This document shows positions 15,589 to 25,208 of a stretch of DNA of 32,265 nt, piece by piece. Position 1 is the first letter of the stretch. The number at the start of each line of letters is the position of its first letter. Position numbers and translations under genes: made by a program. The notes under the pieces were generated by a model, which was not told the origin of the DNA, did not search any database, and saw only the letters and a program-made list of their open reading frames with translations. This DNA comes from an uncultured Dehalococcoidia bacterium (GTDB lineage Bacteria > Chloroflexota > Dehalococcoidia > Lucifugimonadales > UBA826), in NCBI GenBank assembly GCA_964462705.1, contig CAYWYV010000003.1, positions 3,588 to 35,852 of the forward strand, written 5' to 3'.

Positions 15589-15897
15589 TTATAGCCAGAC
15601 TTGAAACAGGAATATAAGGGCGAATATAACGGAGGTCGCTAGAACAAACCCCCCGACAAACATAAGACTAAATAGTTTATGGTCAAACTTCAGGTGCATG
15701 TAATACATTGCAACGAGAGCAAATTTCCCCGCTGACAGCACAAATAAGATGGGTATAATCCAGTATCCCAACCACGTCAGATAGAATATTCCAACTTCGA
15801 TAGCCGTGACTACCGAGAGAATCATAGCGATTCTGAAATATAAACCTGCCGTAGGATGTGCGTTATGGGCCTCGGAAGGATTCATCTCCTGACTCAT
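15589..15897 (-). CDS. Cytochrome c oxidase subunit IV family protein
   Basis: 3 TM, TAIEV, KFALVAMYYMHLKFD. Confidence 0.88.
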   Translation of the reverse strand: MSQEMNPSEAHNAHPTAGLYFRIAMILSVVTAIEVGIFYLTWLGYWIIPILFVLSAGKFALVAMYYMHLKFDHKLFSLMFVGGFVLATSVIFALIFLFQVWL

Positions 15898-15920
15898 TTA
15901 ATCTCCATTGGGTTAAGTTT

Positions 15921-16688
15921 CTAGAAACCCTCAAATACTCCGAATAGATAAACAACCGTGAAAATCACGATCCAAACAACGTCCACAAAGTGCCAGTAAA
16001 GCGCCGCTAGATCGACATCTAGATTCTTCTCTCTAGTTATAACCCCTTTCTTGAAAGACAGGAAGAAAATTGAGAGCAGCCAAACTACACCAAGAGTAAC
16101 GTGAGCTCCATGGAAGCCGGTCAGAGTAAAAAATGTCGTGCCGAATAAATTAGTCTGTGGCTTTAAACCATATTCTTCGTCTATGTGGTGGTCAGCCTTG
16201 AGAATTCCATTCTGATCTAGACATTCGTTCTGGTAGAAGTAATTGTGTCCGGCCTTTACGTATTCCCCGTGCTGTATTTTCTCCGCAACTTCACTACATT
16301 CAAAGTGTATATGGTGGGTTGAGAAACTACTGAATTCATAAACTTGAAACCCTATGAATGTGGAGCCCATAATGGCAGTGGATACCATCCATATGCGGAA
16401 ACCCTTCATGTTTCCACGAGTCAAAGCTGAATACGCTAAGACCATGCTCATACTGCTCATTAAGAGCACAAAAGTGCTTACGGAGGTTACGGGTATGTCG
16501 AATACGTCAATCGGTAGGGGACCCGAAAGACTTTTACCTTGATATACGAGATAGGTAGCGATCAGAGAGCCAAAGAACATGCAATCCGAACCAAGAAATG
16601 CCCACATGAGCATTTTTCGATGGTTTAAACCGGTTGTAGTAGCTTCGTGCTCACCATGATCTGCTGTCGCTGTGTGTTCCTGTGCCAA
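15921..16688 (-). CDS. ctaE: Cytochrome c oxidase subunit III (5-TM form) with loop insertion
   Basis: WAFLGSDCMFF, VLLMSS, FFTLTGFHGAHV, LYWHFVDVVW. Confidence 0.93.
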   Translation of the reverse strand: MAQEHTATADHGEHEATTTGLNHRKMLMWAFLGSDCMFFGSLIATYLVYQGKSLSGPLPIDVFDIPVTSVSTFVLLMSSMSMVLAYSALTRGNMKGFRIWMVSTAIMGSTFIGFQVYEFSSFSTHHIHFECSEVAEKIQHGEYVKAGHNYFYQNECLDQNGILKADHHIDEEYGLKPQTNLFGTTFFTLTGFHGAHVTLGVVWLLSIFFLSFKKGVITREKNLDVDLAALYWHFVDVVWIVIFTVVYLFGVFEGF

Positions 16689-16702
16689 TTGACCAGACTC
16701 CC

Positions 16703-18559
16703 TTAGTGGGCCGAATCTTCGTCGGGATCATTTACTGGTTCTAAGGACCAAGCGTAAACCCCCACGAAACCTATAAAAGTACCTATGATAGCGATAGCCC
16801 AAGGAACGAACAATTGATTGAATACAACGCCATAAGCAGCGATGAATAATCCGAGTGCCGTTACCAGGGGCCAGTAAGAAGGTTGAGGAAGATGAATGTT
16901 GTGTTCTTCATCACCTGATCCACCTGCGACAGGAACCTCTTTAAAGTTTCCACCCTGTTTAGTATTCCACCAGTCGTCTAGAGATCTGACCACAGGTATC
17001 TCTTTGAAATTATATTCTGGTGGTGGAGAGGGTATTGACCACTCTAAGGTCCTTGCGTCCCAGGGATCTCCAGGGGCTTCTGGTCCACTTTTCCAACTTT
17101 TCACCATGTTCAGGATGAATATTACGAAAGCAGCGATAAGTATAAACACCCCCAATGTTCCCACAAGATTCCACAGATCCCAACCCATTCCCTCTGCATA
17201 TGTGTAGATACGCCTCGGCATTCCATCAAGCCCCACAAAGTGCATAGGGAAGAATGTGACATTTTGTCCAATAATCATGAGCCAGAAATGAAGCATTCCC
17301 ATTTTCTCATCAAACATTCTCCCCGAAAATTTGGGGAACCAATAATAGATCCCAGATGTCAGCGCCATGATTGCTCCACCGAATAACACATAATGTATGT
17401 GTGCCGGTATAAAGTACGTATCTTGCTGCTGGGCATCTGATGCGGATACGGCATGCATTACACCGCTGATCCCTCCAATGAGGAACATGGCTATGAATCC
17501 GAGTGCAAATGCCATGGGAGTGGTAATTTTAATAGATCCCCCCCATATAGTTGCTATCCAGTTAAAAACTTTAATTCCAGTTGGTACAGCTATAAGCATG
17601 GTTGTTATGGTAAAGACAGCATTCGCTACTGGACCTAGCCCTACTGTAAACATGTGGTGGCTCCAAACCATCCATCCCATGACAGCAATTATTGCTCCAG
17701 CCAAGACGACCGTTGTATATCCAAACAAAGGTTTTTTTGAAAAAACCGGTAGTATTTCCGACACAATGCCCATTGCAGGTAGTATCAATATGTATACCTC
17801 TGGGTGTCCAAACACCCAGAACAAGTGTTGCCAAAGTACTACACTTCCTCCTCTTGCTACGTTGAAGAAGTTGAAACCAAAATAGCGGTCAAGAGTTAGT
17901 TCTATCAACGCCACTGTAATAACAGGGAAGGCGAGTATTAGCAGAATAGCCGTGATGAACGACATCCACGTGAAAAGAGGAAGTCTCATCATTGTCATTC
18001 CTGGAGCACGCATATTTATTATGGTGACAATGAAATTGAACGATGCTGCCAGTGAAGCAACACCAAGAACCTGGAGGCTAATTATCCAAAAATCGATTCC
18101 TTTTCCCGGGTTTTGGTCTATGGATGTAAGGGGGGCGTATCCAAACCAACCGGCGTCAGTTGCTCCTCCAATCCAGCTTAACTTTAGCATCACCGCACCG
18201 GCGAGAAACGTCCAGTAACTGAATGCATTGAGTCTTGGGAACGCAACATCTCGGGCTCCAATCTGTAGTGGGATGACGAAGTTAAAGAACGCTGCTCCCA
18301 GCGGCATTATCGCTAGGAAAATCATTGTTGTTCCATGCATTGTAAAGAGCTGGTTAAAGACAGCGGCGCTGACGATATCTAGTTCAGGTTGAGCTAATTG
18401 TACGCGCATTAGGGTTGCCTCAATGCCGCCAGATATGAACATTATGAACGCAGTTACGCCATATAGGATCCCTATTTTCTTGTGGTCTATGGTGGTTAGC
18501 CAATTCCACAAGCCAGCGGGATGTACTGGTCTTGGTATAGCTATTGGTAATGTGCTCAC
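16703..18559 (-). CDS. ctaD: Cytochrome c oxidase subunit I, A1-type
   Basis: DHKKIG, TMHGTTM, WVFGHPEVY, WSHHMF, AHIHY, GMPRR; two extra C-terminal TM helices. Confidence 0.97.
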   Translation of the reverse strand: MSTLPIAIPRPVHPAGLWNWLTTIDHKKIGILYGVTAFIMFISGGIEATLMRVQLAQPELDIVSAAVFNQLFTMHGTTMIFLAIMPLGAAFFNFVIPLQIGARDVAFPRLNAFSYWTFLAGAVMLKLSWIGGATDAGWFGYAPLTSIDQNPGKGIDFWIISLQVLGVASLAASFNFIVTIINMRAPGMTMMRLPLFTWMSFITAILLILAFPVITVALIELTLDRYFGFNFFNVARGGSVVLWQHLFWVFGHPEVYILILPAMGIVSEILPVFSKKPLFGYTTVVLAGAIIAVMGWMVWSHHMFTVGLGPVANAVFTITTMLIAVPTGIKVFNWIATIWGGSIKITTPMAFALGFIAMFLIGGISGVMHAVSASDAQQQDTYFIPAHIHYVLFGGAIMALTSGIYYWFPKFSGRMFDEKMGMLHFWLMIIGQNVTFFPMHFVGLDGMPRRIYTYAEGMGWDLWNLVGTLGVFILIAAFVIFILNMVKSWKSGPEAPGDPWDARTLEWSIPSPPPEYNFKEIPVVRSLDDWWNTKQGGNFKEVPVAGGSGDEEHNIHLPQPSYWPLVTALGLFIAAYGVVFNQLFVPWAIAIIGTFIGFVGVYAWSLEPVNDPDEDSAH

Positions 18560-18607
18560 TTAAGCGCCTCCGGCTTTAGGAAAATTGCCATGTATAAATA
18601 CACTAAC

Positions 18608-19759
18608 TCACTTAAGACTTGTTAAATATGCAACAAGCGCAGATATCTGCCGCTCTGTTAGAGATTTGTCAGGATCCGTGTATACGGCGGCCTGGCTAGA
18701 CATTATGTTGCCAGGCTTAATATCGGAAGGATTCTCAAGCCATTTGCGTAGATTCTCTTGGAGATATGCATCATTTACGTTGCCAGCTCCATCAGAGCTA
18801 TCCATCATTCCAGCAGCCAAATGTCTCCTGGAGGCGACGTGGGCCAGATTGGGTCCTACTCGACCCTTTGATCCAGATCTAGCAATAGTTTTTAAAGAAT
18901 GGCAGCCTGAACAGCCTGCACTTTTGAACACCTTCGCACCCTCCAGCGCCAGTGGATCTTGTGATTCCACAGCTGGAGCGGACTGATCAGAAAGCCATGC
19001 GTCGAACTCAGCAGGTTCTACTGCAACGACCTTGAATTTCATATTGGCATGCGATGTTCCACAATACTCAGCACACTGACCAAAGAATTCGCCAGGTTCG
19101 TCAGCCTGGAACCACATATGATTCTCTTCCGAAGGAAGCATATCTGCCTTTCCAGCTAGTTTTGGAACCCAAAAGCTGTGGATAACATCCACTGATTCCA
19201 ATTTTATCCTGACTGGAATCCCGACGGGTATATACACTTCATTCGCTGTTACGATTTCATTTCCCTCGTCATTTGGAGACGGATACCTGAATTCAAACCA
19301 CCATTGGTGCCCGATGGCGTTCAGCGTAAGTGGGTTGTCTGGCACATCCGAAGACCAGTTTGGGTCTGCATAGAATAAAGTTTTTATAGATAATATAGAC
19401 AGTGCGATAACTATAATTGCCGGAACTATTGTCCATGTGATTTCCAGCCTTGTATTGCCATGAATCTGTTTTGGTGACTCCTCATCATTCCTACGTCGAA
19501 ACCTGAAGAGAGCATATATAAGTGCTGCCTCCACCAGAACAAACACTACTGCACCGGCACCCGTAATCCACCAGAATATCGTCAACTGTCTATCAGCAAC
19601 AGGTCCCAATGCTTCAAAGGTGGACTGGTTAGCATTTGGGTCAATGACGAAGCAGCCGGTTGCGACAACGCCGAAGATCAAGGATGCCAATAGCAATAAA
19701 ACTTTTTTAGTGCCGGAAGAAGTTATAAACACGCTCCCAAATACACCTCTATTTTTCAT
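18608..19759 (-). CDS. ctaC: Cytochrome c oxidase subunit II with fused cytochrome c (caa3-type)
   Basis: LEITWT, HQWWFEF, CuA ligands DVIHSFW and CAEYCGTSHANM, C-terminal CSGCH...GPNL...KPGNIM, lipobox-like ATGC. Start is uncertain (ATG 19759 preferred over TTG 19786). Confidence 0.93.
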   Translation of the reverse strand: MKNRGVFGSVFITSSGTKKVLLLLASLIFGVVATGCFVIDPNANQSTFEALGPVADRQLTIFWWITGAGAVVFVLVEAALIYALFRFRRRNDEESPKQIHGNTRLEITWTIVPAIIVIALSILSIKTLFYADPNWSSDVPDNPLTLNAIGHQWWFEFRYPSPNDEGNEIVTANEVYIPVGIPVRIKLESVDVIHSFWVPKLAGKADMLPSEENHMWFQADEPGEFFGQCAEYCGTSHANMKFKVVAVEPAEFDAWLSDQSAPAVESQDPLALEGAKVFKSAGCSGCHSLKTIARSGSKGRVGPNLAHVASRRHLAAGMMDSSDGAGNVNDAYLQENLRKWLENPSDIKPGNIMSSQAAVYTDPDKSLTERQISALVAYLTSLK

Positions 19760-19786
19760 AGTTAACCTATCTCGTACCAGTTTCAA

Positions 19787-19816
19787 AATTTATCAAACCA
19801 CTAGGGATAACGTCAA
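19787..19816 (-). promoter_or_regulatory. Putative internal promoter for ctaC-D-E
   Basis: Minus strand TTGACG-N18-TAAATT with extended -10 TG. Confidence 0.4.
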
Positions 19817-19864
19817 GGCGAAAATTTCCTGATTCATCGTCGAGGACAGTGTATTGAATATAGA

Positions 19865-20725
19865 TCATTGGAAGCTTCCATCGATGATTATCGCAAGAAA
19901 TAGTAATGCTATGTATGCCAACGAGAACATATATGTAGCCTTAGCAAAGCCAATCCCATCTTGTTTTAGGAGTTTCCAGGTAAATCCAATGAAAATAATT
20001 GTTAGTGAAATTGAAGTAACACCATAAATGACTCCCAAACCGGGTGCTAGTAGGACGGTGCCAATCATTAGCACTAGTAATATCCAAGTGTAGGCAAAGA
20101 TCTGTTTTTTTGTGCTTTGCACACCTGCTACGACGGGAAGCATAGGAATTCCAGCTTGTTCGTAGTCATCTTTCAATATGAGAGATAAAGCCCAAAAATG
20201 TGGGGGGGTCCAAAAAAATATTATGGCGAATAATAAGAAAGGGGAAGGATCCAATATATTGCCGGTCACAGCCGCCCAACCAACCATAGGTGGTATGGCC
20301 CCAGCGGCTCCTCCTATGACAATGTTTTGTGGTGTTGTCCTTTTCAGTCCAATTGTGTACACGAAAACATAAAATAGCGTTGCAATAAGAGCTAAGAAAG
20401 CACTCAGTAGGTTGGCCATTTGCCAAAGGAGTGCAAAAGCCACAATGTTTAGAAAGATGCCAAATAGTAATGCAGGTATGGGGGTGACCTGGCCAGATAC
20501 CAGGGGTCGTTGGCTGGTTCTACTCATTTTCTTATCTATGTCGCGGTCTAGGAAATGGTTGATTGCATTAGCGCCGCCTGCGGCGAGACTTCCTCCAACT
20601 AAAACCACCAAAGTCGTTATTGCACTTGGAAATCCCTCAGAGGCGAGAAATAATCCTCCCAAGGCTGTTACAAGGAGTAGAGATATGATCCTAGGTTTGG
20701 TTAGTGCTATATACCCGTTAATCAT
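19865..20725 (-). CDS. ctaB: Protoheme IX farnesyltransferase (heme o synthase)
   Basis: LTKPRI, DRDIDKKMSRT..RP, LKRTTPQNIVIGG, WTPPHFWAL. Confidence 0.95.
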   Translation of the reverse strand: MINGYIALTKPRIISLLLVTALGGLFLASEGFPSAITTLVVLVGGSLAAGGANAINHFLDRDIDKKMSRTSQRPLVSGQVTPIPALLFGIFLNIVAFALLWQMANLLSAFLALIATLFYVFVYTIGLKRTTPQNIVIGGAAGAIPPMVGWAAVTGNILDPSPFLLFAIIFFWTPPHFWALSLILKDDYEQAGIPMLPVVAGVQSTKKQIFAYTWILLVLMIGTVLLAPGLGVIYGVTSISLTIIFIGFTWKLLKQDGIGFAKATYMFSLAYIALLFLAIIIDGSFQ

Positions 20726-20729
20726 GTGT

Positions 20730-21656
20730 TCAGACTTTCTCTACAGGCATATCACTATCAAAGACGATTTTGGAAAACGATCTTTCAACTAGGATACTCA
20801 TCAATATTGCAGACAACCAAACTAGCGTTGCTACACTGAGGTGAGTCACTTTCATGTGCGATGAAAACCCCGACCAAACCGTTATAGCTCCAAGAATAAT
20901 TTGAACCCCAATTAAACCTAATACGGAATGAGTAATTCTTTTTATTAATCTGCTGCCATTTGAATGGGTTATTAGTTCTATTGCCACGTATCCCACGAAG
21001 GCTAATGACAAAACCGAAATGTATCTGTGTCCCATATTTACCTGATACGTAAATCCCTCAGGAATGGAGAGACCTTTGCATAGTGGCCAACTACTACAAG
21101 AAGAGCCGGCACCAATGCCCACCATGTATGAACCGCTTAAGATCAGAAGAAACACCAGGGACACGCACAATACCATTTTCCATTTCCAGGCCCTGATTGG
21201 ACTCAGGTCAATATGAACATTTCTAACGTTAACAAATAGAAATTCCCAAACGATATACATGAGGCATGCAGTTAAGATCTGTGCTATTCCTAGATGAATT
21301 AATCGTATCCACCAAGCCAGCTCTGTAATGACGGTGATTCCGCCAAGGATTCCTGCACCTACAACCAATCCGAAAGCACTGTAATTCGCTATGGTAAGTC
21401 GTTTTTCGGACCTGTAATTCATGAGACATATAATCAAAAGTATGGTTACTAATACTCCAAGAACTGACCCATTTAGGCGATGAGAGTATTCAATCAATGT
21501 ATGGAATTCCATGGGTGGGATAATTTGCCCGTGGCATAAAGGCCAATCGGGGCAGCCAAGCCCAGACTCAGATGCCCTAACGAAGCCACCAAGGGTGATT
21601 TGAGTGAAAGAGACAACCAAGCTCAGAAGTGCCACTATTTTATAAATTAGGGCCAT
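20730..21656 (-). CDS. ctaA: Heme A synthase (COX15/CtaA)
   Basis: SGLGCPDWPLC, EYSHR, second Cys pair CSSWPLC, conserved His in HR/HL motifs. Confidence 0.92.
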   Translation of the reverse strand: MALIYKIVALLSLVVSFTQITLGGFVRASESGLGCPDWPLCHGQIIPPMEFHTLIEYSHRLNGSVLGVLVTILLIICLMNYRSEKRLTIANYSAFGLVVGAGILGGITVITELAWWIRLIHLGIAQILTACLMYIVWEFLFVNVRNVHIDLSPIRAWKWKMVLCVSLVFLLILSGSYMVGIGAGSSCSSWPLCKGLSIPEGFTYQVNMGHRYISVLSLAFVGYVAIELITHSNGSRLIKRITHSVLGLIGVQIILGAITVWSGFSSHMKVTHLSVATLVWLSAILMSILVERSFSKIVFDSDMPVEKV

Positions 21657-21750
21657 TCTGAGTTTCCCTGCTTACGAGAGAGAATAGAGTGCCTCACACG
21701 TTCAAATCGGCTTCCCAAAGTTATTGCTGTGTGCATTTTTTCACTAATGA

Positions 21751-21780
21751 ATTTTACTATAGGGGTTACAACAAGGTCAA
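21751..21780 (-). promoter_or_regulatory. Putative promoter of the cta cluster
   Basis: Minus strand TTGACC-N18-TAAAAT, ~95 nt upstream of the ctaA start. Confidence 0.45.
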
Positions 21781-21901
21781 AGCACTTTATTAGGTTTTTT
21801 AGACTTAGTTGGCTGGGGTCCCGAATAAGTGCCTCAGTTATGGAACTTAATCTTGTTTGGGTAGTTCATTTACTCAGGGTAGTCCATAATAGTAGCGGAA
21901 T

Positions 21902-21974
21902 CGGGGCGTAGCGCAGTTGGTAGCGCGCCACGTTCGGGACGTGGAGGTCGCTGGTTCGAGTCCAGTCGCCCCGA
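21902..21974 (+). tRNA. tRNA-Pro (anticodon CGG), CCA not encoded
   Basis: Acceptor CGGGGCG/CGCCCCG, D arm GCGC-AGTTGGTA-GCGC, anticodon stem CCACG/CGTGG with loop TTCGGGA, T loop GTTCGAG. Confidence 0.97.
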
Positions 21975-22077
21975 TTTTGCCGATCGTTCTGGGCTTTTGC
22001 AATTCTTATAATCCGCAGTGTTTTGATTGGGCATAAAGATAGTTTAATTGAGACGTGGATAATTATAATGTCTGAAT

Positions 22078-23307
22078 ATGGCTAGTCTTGAGCTTGAACG
22101 AAACTCGATCACAATAACCGCTTGGGTTATTTATGATATGGCAAATACTATGTTCTCGGCAGGGTTAGTTGGACTAGTGTTTCCTCTGTGGGTAATAAGC
22201 CATTCTGGGGAAGATGACGCAACAATTGGCTACACTTTGACCGTTGCTATGACTCTGGTTTTTCTCATCTCACCCATAGTTGGATCTTTGTCTGACAGAT
22301 TCAAAAGGAGAATGCCATTTCTACTGTTCTTAACTTTGTGTTGGATAGTGAGTACAGTGCTGATCGGGACATGGGGGTTAAAGATATCACTTTTATTCGT
22401 GATCACATCGTTAGTTTTTGTTCAATTAGCAAATATCTTTTATAACGGTTTATTGGGCGATCTTTCTACAAATGGTAATGCTGGACTTATTGGTGGAATT
22501 GGTGTTGGGTTCGGATATACAGGTGCAATCATTGCAGTACTTATGTCGATTTTCCTTTTGGAGGATATTGGCCACGTAAATCTTTTTCGTTTAATGGGTT
22601 TTTGTTCGCTTGGTTTTACTGTTCCGCTGCTTATTTCAGGTAAGTATCGAATTAGAGTGACCAGAAGATCAGTATTTGCCGAAGCCATTGCTAAAACAAT
22701 CAGGTTGATGAAGAACTCATTCCAACGATCAGTGTCTAATACAAATTGGCTGAGATTTCTAATATCTCGTTTTTGGTACCTGTGGGCGGTAAATGCTGCC
22801 TCTTCGTTTGCAGTTTTATACGCAGTGCAAACAATTAAAATGTCTAAAACCGAAGTCCAAATGATTCTAATAATCGGGATAGCCACAGGTATACCCATGG
22901 GAGCGTTTTGGGGCTGGCTGGTCGATAGAATTGGTGCTTCAAATGTCCTTAAAATTAATGTTTTAGGGTGGGTTATACTACTTGCGATTGCAGCTGCTAT
23001 TCCACTCATGAATTGGTCGTCGGGTGTATGGTGGTTTGTGGGATCTTTTAGCGGAACAGTTCTATCTGGGCTCTACGTTGCAGAAAGACCAATTGTGCTG
23101 GCAATGGCTCCTTTGGATAAAAGGAGCGAGTATTTTGCCATGTTTACTATGTCCGGTAGGTTAGCGGCGATAGTAGCCCCTTTTTCCTGGGGAATGGTGT
23201 CAACAACCATGGGCTTTGGTCAACCGGCAGCTATGGCAACCTTGGCAATTTGTGCTTTTGTCGCTTTAGGGTTTATTTCCCTGGTTAAATCACCGCGGGC
23301 CATATAG
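22078..23307 (+). CDS. MFS transporter (UMF1/Atg22-like)
   Basis: AWVIYDMAN, motif A GSLSDRFKRR, FYNGLL, GWLVDRIG; 12 TM. Confidence 0.88.
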   Translation: MASLELERNSITITAWVIYDMANTMFSAGLVGLVFPLWVISHSGEDDATIGYTLTVAMTLVFLISPIVGSLSDRFKRRMPFLLFLTLCWIVSTVLIGTWGLKISLLFVITSLVFVQLANIFYNGLLGDLSTNGNAGLIGGIGVGFGYTGAIIAVLMSIFLLEDIGHVNLFRLMGFCSLGFTVPLLISGKYRIRVTRRSVFAEAIAKTIRLMKNSFQRSVSNTNWLRFLISRFWYLWAVNAASSFAVLYAVQTIKMSKTEVQMILIIGIATGIPMGAFWGWLVDRIGASNVLKINVLGWVILLAIAAAIPLMNWSSGVWWFVGSFSGTVLSGLYVAERPIVLAMAPLDKRSEYFAMFTMSGRLAAIVAPFSWGMVSTTMGFGQPAAMATLAICAFVALGFISLVKSPRAI

Positions 23308-23340
23308 AACTTGAACACAGTTATGTAAGAACTTTTTAGA

Positions 23341-24231
23341 CTATGGAGCAACTGCCAGCTCTGAAAGAAGTTTCTTTGTGGAAACAATGTGTTTGTTTAG
23401 GCGCATTTTTTCGGGGTCTATACCGAGTGATAGGCCGACTAGTTGAGGGAGATGGATGATTGGCAAATCGATATCTCTTTTTGCTGCTGAAGATGCGTTT
23501 GGTTGGTATCCATCTAAATTGAGATGGCACAGAGGGCATGGGGTGACCATAGCATCAGCTCCTCTATCTTTCGCGTCAATAGTGTGATTGGCTACCATTT
23601 TCACTGAGTTCTTAGGATTTATCGTCAATATGGGAAAACCGCAGCAAAGAGTCTTGCCTGGAAAGTCAACAACTTCGGCGCCTACTGCTTCAATAACTGC
23701 CTCCAATGAAGTTTCCCGTTCAGGATTTTCATCGAACCCTAATGCTTCTGTGGGTCTAACTATGTAGCATCCATAGAAAGGAGCTAATTTCAATCCTTCA
23801 AGTTTTCGTACGACCTTTGAATGGAAAAAATCCATACCGAGATCCTCGACGATAATCCAAAGCAAATGTTTTGGGTTAATTGTTCCCTTGTATTCAAGTC
23901 CTTCTTCTTTGAGATCTTCATTGATTGATGCGCGATATTCAGGGTCTGATACAAGGCGTTGGTTGGCTTGTGACATGACACCTTGGCATGTACTGCAAAT
24001 CGTCATCAAAGGTAGTCCAGCTTTTTCGGCCATTGCAAAGGTTCGGGCATTCAGAGTGTCACCAAGTCGAAGATTTTTCTCTTGAAGAACTCCAGCACCG
24101 GTACATGAGGCTGATCTCAGGGAATCTTCGTCGAGCTCTATTCCGAGTATATTGCATACTTCAAGAGTGGCTGTATAAAGCTCTGGGCATGCACCTCTAG
24201 ATACACATCCGGGATAAAAGGCATATTTCAT
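23341..24231 (-). CDS. HdrB-like CCG-domain subunit of type-E succinate dehydrogenase
   Basis: YPGC...SCTG...CSTC and FYGC...CCG...CPLC; overlaps the sdhB stop (ATGA). Confidence 0.88.
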   Translation of the reverse strand: MKYAFYPGCVSRGACPELYTATLEVCNILGIELDEDSLRSASCTGAGVLQEKNLRLGDTLNARTFAMAEKAGLPLMTICSTCQGVMSQANQRLVSDPEYRASINEDLKEEGLEYKGTINPKHLLWIIVEDLGMDFFHSKVVRKLEGLKLAPFYGCYIVRPTEALGFDENPERETSLEAVIEAVGAEVVDFPGKTLCCGFPILTINPKNSVKMVANHTIDAKDRGADAMVTPCPLCHLNLDGYQPNASSAAKRDIDLPIIHLPQLVGLSLGIDPEKMRLNKHIVSTKKLLSELAVAP

Positions 24232-25184
24232 TTTTCGTTCTCAACTTTATCGAAAATCCTTCGTACGTTTTCGACCTCTGGGATGTTTTTATGAATTAAT
24301 GGGGGAACTTTCCCGGCCCTTTGGGATCTTATAGCAAGCGGGATTAGGCTTATCATGGCCTTCAAATTGAAGATTCCGAAACTTTTTATTGGGAGTTTGA
24401 GCTCATCGAGCCAACCGCTATGTCTAACTGAATCAACGAAAGCAGTAGCATGTCTCGCACCATTTGTATTTGTGTGACCTGCATCCATTACTTTTTCTCT
24501 GAGTGACATAATTCTATCCATGGGAGCGACTCCCTTGGGGCAGACCTCTACGCATTTCATACACCTTGTGCAATCCCACACGCCTCCTTCCTCGTTTAAA
24601 GCCTTGAGCCTTTTTCCGTCTGCATCGTCTCTTGGGTCTCCAACGAATCGATAGGCTTTGGCTAGAGCCGCAGGGCCGAGAAAATTTGAATCGACCTCTA
24701 AAACGGTGCAGTCAGAGACACATGCACCGCAAAGTATGCATGAAACCACTCCGGCTAAGTGAAGCATGTCTTCATCTGGTGCTAGATATTCCCCTTCAGG
24801 CTCTTCTCCGGCAGGTTGGAGCCACGGTTCGATGGATTTGACTTGATTCCAGAAAGGTTGGAAATCGACTACCAAATCTTTGATTACTGGAAGATTGCCA
24901 GCTGGTTCTATCACAATCGCTGTTCCATCCGAAGGGAGTACGTCTATTACTTTCGTATTACATGCTAAGCCGGCTTCGCCGTTTACTCTCATAGCACAGG
25001 AGCCGCAAATCGCACTTCTACAAGAACACCTCAGGCTAAGCGTTCCGTCCACATCCTCCCGAATTTGGATCAGCGCGTCTAAAACTGTTGCTGCCTCGTC
25101 CATGTCCATCTGGTATTCTTGGAAATGAGGAACGGTATTTGTCGATTCGGGATCGTATCGCCGTACGCTGAGTTTTACTTCCAT
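24228..25184 (-). CDS. sdhB: Succinate dehydrogenase/fumarate reductase Fe-S subunit
   Basis: SCRSAICGSC...AC, CILCGACVSDC, CTRCMKCVEVCP. Confidence 0.93.
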   Translation of the reverse strand: MEVKLSVRRYDPESTNTVPHFQEYQMDMDEAATVLDALIQIREDVDGTLSLRCSCRSAICGSCAMRVNGEAGLACNTKVIDVLPSDGTAIVIEPAGNLPVIKDLVVDFQPFWNQVKSIEPWLQPAGEEPEGEYLAPDEDMLHLAGVVSCILCGACVSDCTVLEVDSNFLGPAALAKAYRFVGDPRDDADGKRLKALNEEGGVWDCTRCMKCVEVCPKGVAPMDRIMSLREKVMDAGHTNTNGARHATAFVDSVRHSGWLDELKLPIKSFGIFNLKAMISLIPLAIRSQRAGKVPPLIHKNIPEVENVRRIFDKVENEK

Positions 25185-25208
25185 ATCGTTGGTTCCTTTG
25201 ATTCCCGT

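Noticed and set aside
16703-16900. Extra C-terminal helices on oxidase subunit I
   Set aside because: Known Bacillus/E. coli-type split in which the first helices of subunit III are on subunit I.
21902-22077. tRNA-Pro as integration site of an island
   Set aside because: No integrase, no duplicated tRNA 3' end seen, and the flanking genes are housekeeping.
23341-24231. HdrB as evidence of methanogen-like heterodisulfide reductase
   Set aside because: No hdrA/hdrC; it is coupled to sdhAB, so it is the type-E SDH subunit.
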